22,712 bases of DNA from Octopus sinensis (Eukaryota), in contig NW_021836912.1 in NCBI RefSeq assembly GCF_006345805.1, positions 1 to 22,712 of the forward strand, in the 5' to 3' direction. Shown here one piece after another: positions 21,035 through 22,712 of the stretch; position 1 is the first letter of the stretch; each line of letters starts with the position of its first letter. The position numbers and the translations under genes are program-made. Under the pieces are notes generated by a model. That model was given only the letters and a program-made list of their open reading frames with translations, searched no databases and was not told the origin of the DNA.

Positions 21035-21210
21035 AGAACAGTGTGACAAGACCAAACCTTTGAATAACAGATGCAATCTATTCAATGGAGTTCCACATGA
21101 TTTCAATTTACCCAGTTTCATTCAAATTAAAACAAGGTTATTGTAAAAAATACCTGTTCAAGATGACACACCATAAGATTGAACCCTGATTGAACTTTTG
21201 ATTGAAAAGT
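21035..21210 (-). mobile_element. Highly decayed SINE remnant
   Basis: GTGTGACAAGACCAAACCTTTGAATAACAG again resembles 17838-17870; TGTTCAAGATGACAC...ATTGAACCC resembles a reversed CORE/B-box region. Confidence 0.35.
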
Positions 21211-21440
21211 AAACTTCAGCCTAACAGTGTAGTCCACCTCTGCAATTGGTCCATACTGGATTATGGTTTCATTTTGTTAAACCCTCTTTGCAGATGAGCA
21301 CTGAGGTTGATGTTATTGATTTCCCCTAAAATTGAGCCAAAATTGGAAAGAATTACCTTTATTATCATGGTTATTGTTGACATTACTATTACTACTTTTT
21401 TGCTTTTTCTACACTATATATAAATATATATAATATATAT

Positions 21441-22712
21441 CAGCAGAGTCAGTTATTTGCCGAGGCTTTTTCAACTATTTTCAAACAAGATGATCGTCGT
21501 GAACCCCCTCCATTTGATAGATCAGTACCTCCAATGCCTAGATTGGTCATCACACGGGACAAAGTCGAACGCGTTATTCAAGGCCTCGATGTCAACAAGG
21601 GTCATGGCCCTGACGGCATACACCCACAAGTTATCAAAGCATTGGCTCTGGTCATCTGTGAACCTTTAACACTTCTATTCAATATGTCATTGGCGACGGG
21701 TGTTATACCTGCAGACTGGAGAACAGCGATAATCTGCCCAATTTTCAAGAAAGGGAGCCAGGAAGACCCGCTTAACTACCGACCGGTTTCCCTTACTTCA
21801 ATAATCAGCAAGATGTTCGAAACCATCCTTAAGAAAAGTATGTTGCTCCACCTCCAAAACACAACCTCTATCTCTGATTCCCAACACGGCTTCATGCCGA
21901 AGAGATCATGCTTGACCAACTTACTGGTAATGGAAGAATTGGTGATGCATATCCTGGATGATGGTGATGCTGTTGACATCGTTTTATTGGACTTTGCCAA
22001 AGCTTTTGACTCAGTAAACCACCGCTTCAAGCATATAGTTTCCATCCGGATATTGTACGATGGGTTGGTGCCTTCCTCTCAGATCGCTCCTTCCAAGTCC
22101 AAGTTAATGGTTCGCTGTCCGACGTCTCCAGTGTGAGCAGTGGCATGCCTCAAGGTTCAGTGCTTGGGCCCTTATTGTTCTTAGTCTTCATAAATGACTT
22201 GCCCAACGACCTCACGCAACACACCCTTCTATTTGCCGATGATGTCAAACTGGTCACTCCTCACGGTGATATAGATGATCTTCGTCGATGCCCCCATCAA
22301 GTCTGGAGATGGTCTAACGAATGGGACCTGTGTCTGAACGTGTCAAAGTGCTGTCATCTGCCTGTTGGCTCTTCTCCTGCAACTCAACTTGATTTCGAGC
22401 CGGGTCGTCTGCTGCTGGAGAGGACCGACCAATCTATTCAAGGACCTGGGTATCTTGGTGGATTCTTCCTTTTGGCCTTCGGCCCAATGCATCCATGCTG
22501 CCAACAAAGCACGCAGAGTTCTGTTTTTGATTCGACGGTCATTCGGAATGCTCACAGCAGCCATATTCCTACCGCTCTATGTCACGCTGGTGAGACCCAT
22601 ATTGGAGTACAGGATTCAAGCCTCTTCTCCTTATCTCCTCAAAGAGTCCAGAAGCTGGCTACCCGCATGGTTCTTGGTCTCAAGCATTTGTCTTATGAAG
22701 AAGGCTGAAGAC
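21441..22712 (+). mobile_element. CR1-group LINE reverse transcriptase fragment, 5'-truncated and running off the window end
   Basis: GPDGIHP, PIFKKG...NYRPVSLTS, QHGF, LDFAKAFDSVNH, PQGSVLGPLLF, LLFADDVKL and RVQKLATRMV.GLKHLSYEE. Frameshifts near 22030, in the ~22430 region and near 22700. Starts directly after a TA-rich tract. Confidence 0.88.

Noticed and set aside
19070-21440. Host gene exons in the AT-rich stretch
   Set aside because: No ORF of 60 codons or more and no recognisable protein motif. Small exons cannot be excluded without RNA-seq.

Overview
Eukaryotic DNA made almost entirely of transposable elements and microsatellites. The SINE and RTE families look like those of octopus genomes; this is pattern recognition, not a database result. 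I found no intact host gene and no intact TE ORF. 1-6780 is a stack of non-LTR retroelement pieces separated by (TA)n tracts: four RTE-clade LINE copies, Penelope-like remnants, two decayed hammerhead ribozymes and an inverted-plus-direct-repeat module. 6781-15816 is a degenerate but end-to-end Helitron (5' TC, RepHel pseudogene, 3' hairpin plus CTAG). It carries a palindromic Merlin-like element with an 8-bp TSD, which itself holds an inverted-repeat-bounded, LTR-like insert. 17050-19068 is an RTE copy interrupted by a SINE and ending in a ~430-bp inverted duplication of its own 3' end and flank. 21441-22712 is a CR1-like RT fragment. The most notable observations are a PHD-type finger inside the RTE reverse transcriptase, variable arrays of ~65-bp hairpin units in the RTE 3' UTR, the fold-back duplication and the hammerheads. 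These are unusual TE features; nothing here demonstrates a new biological system.
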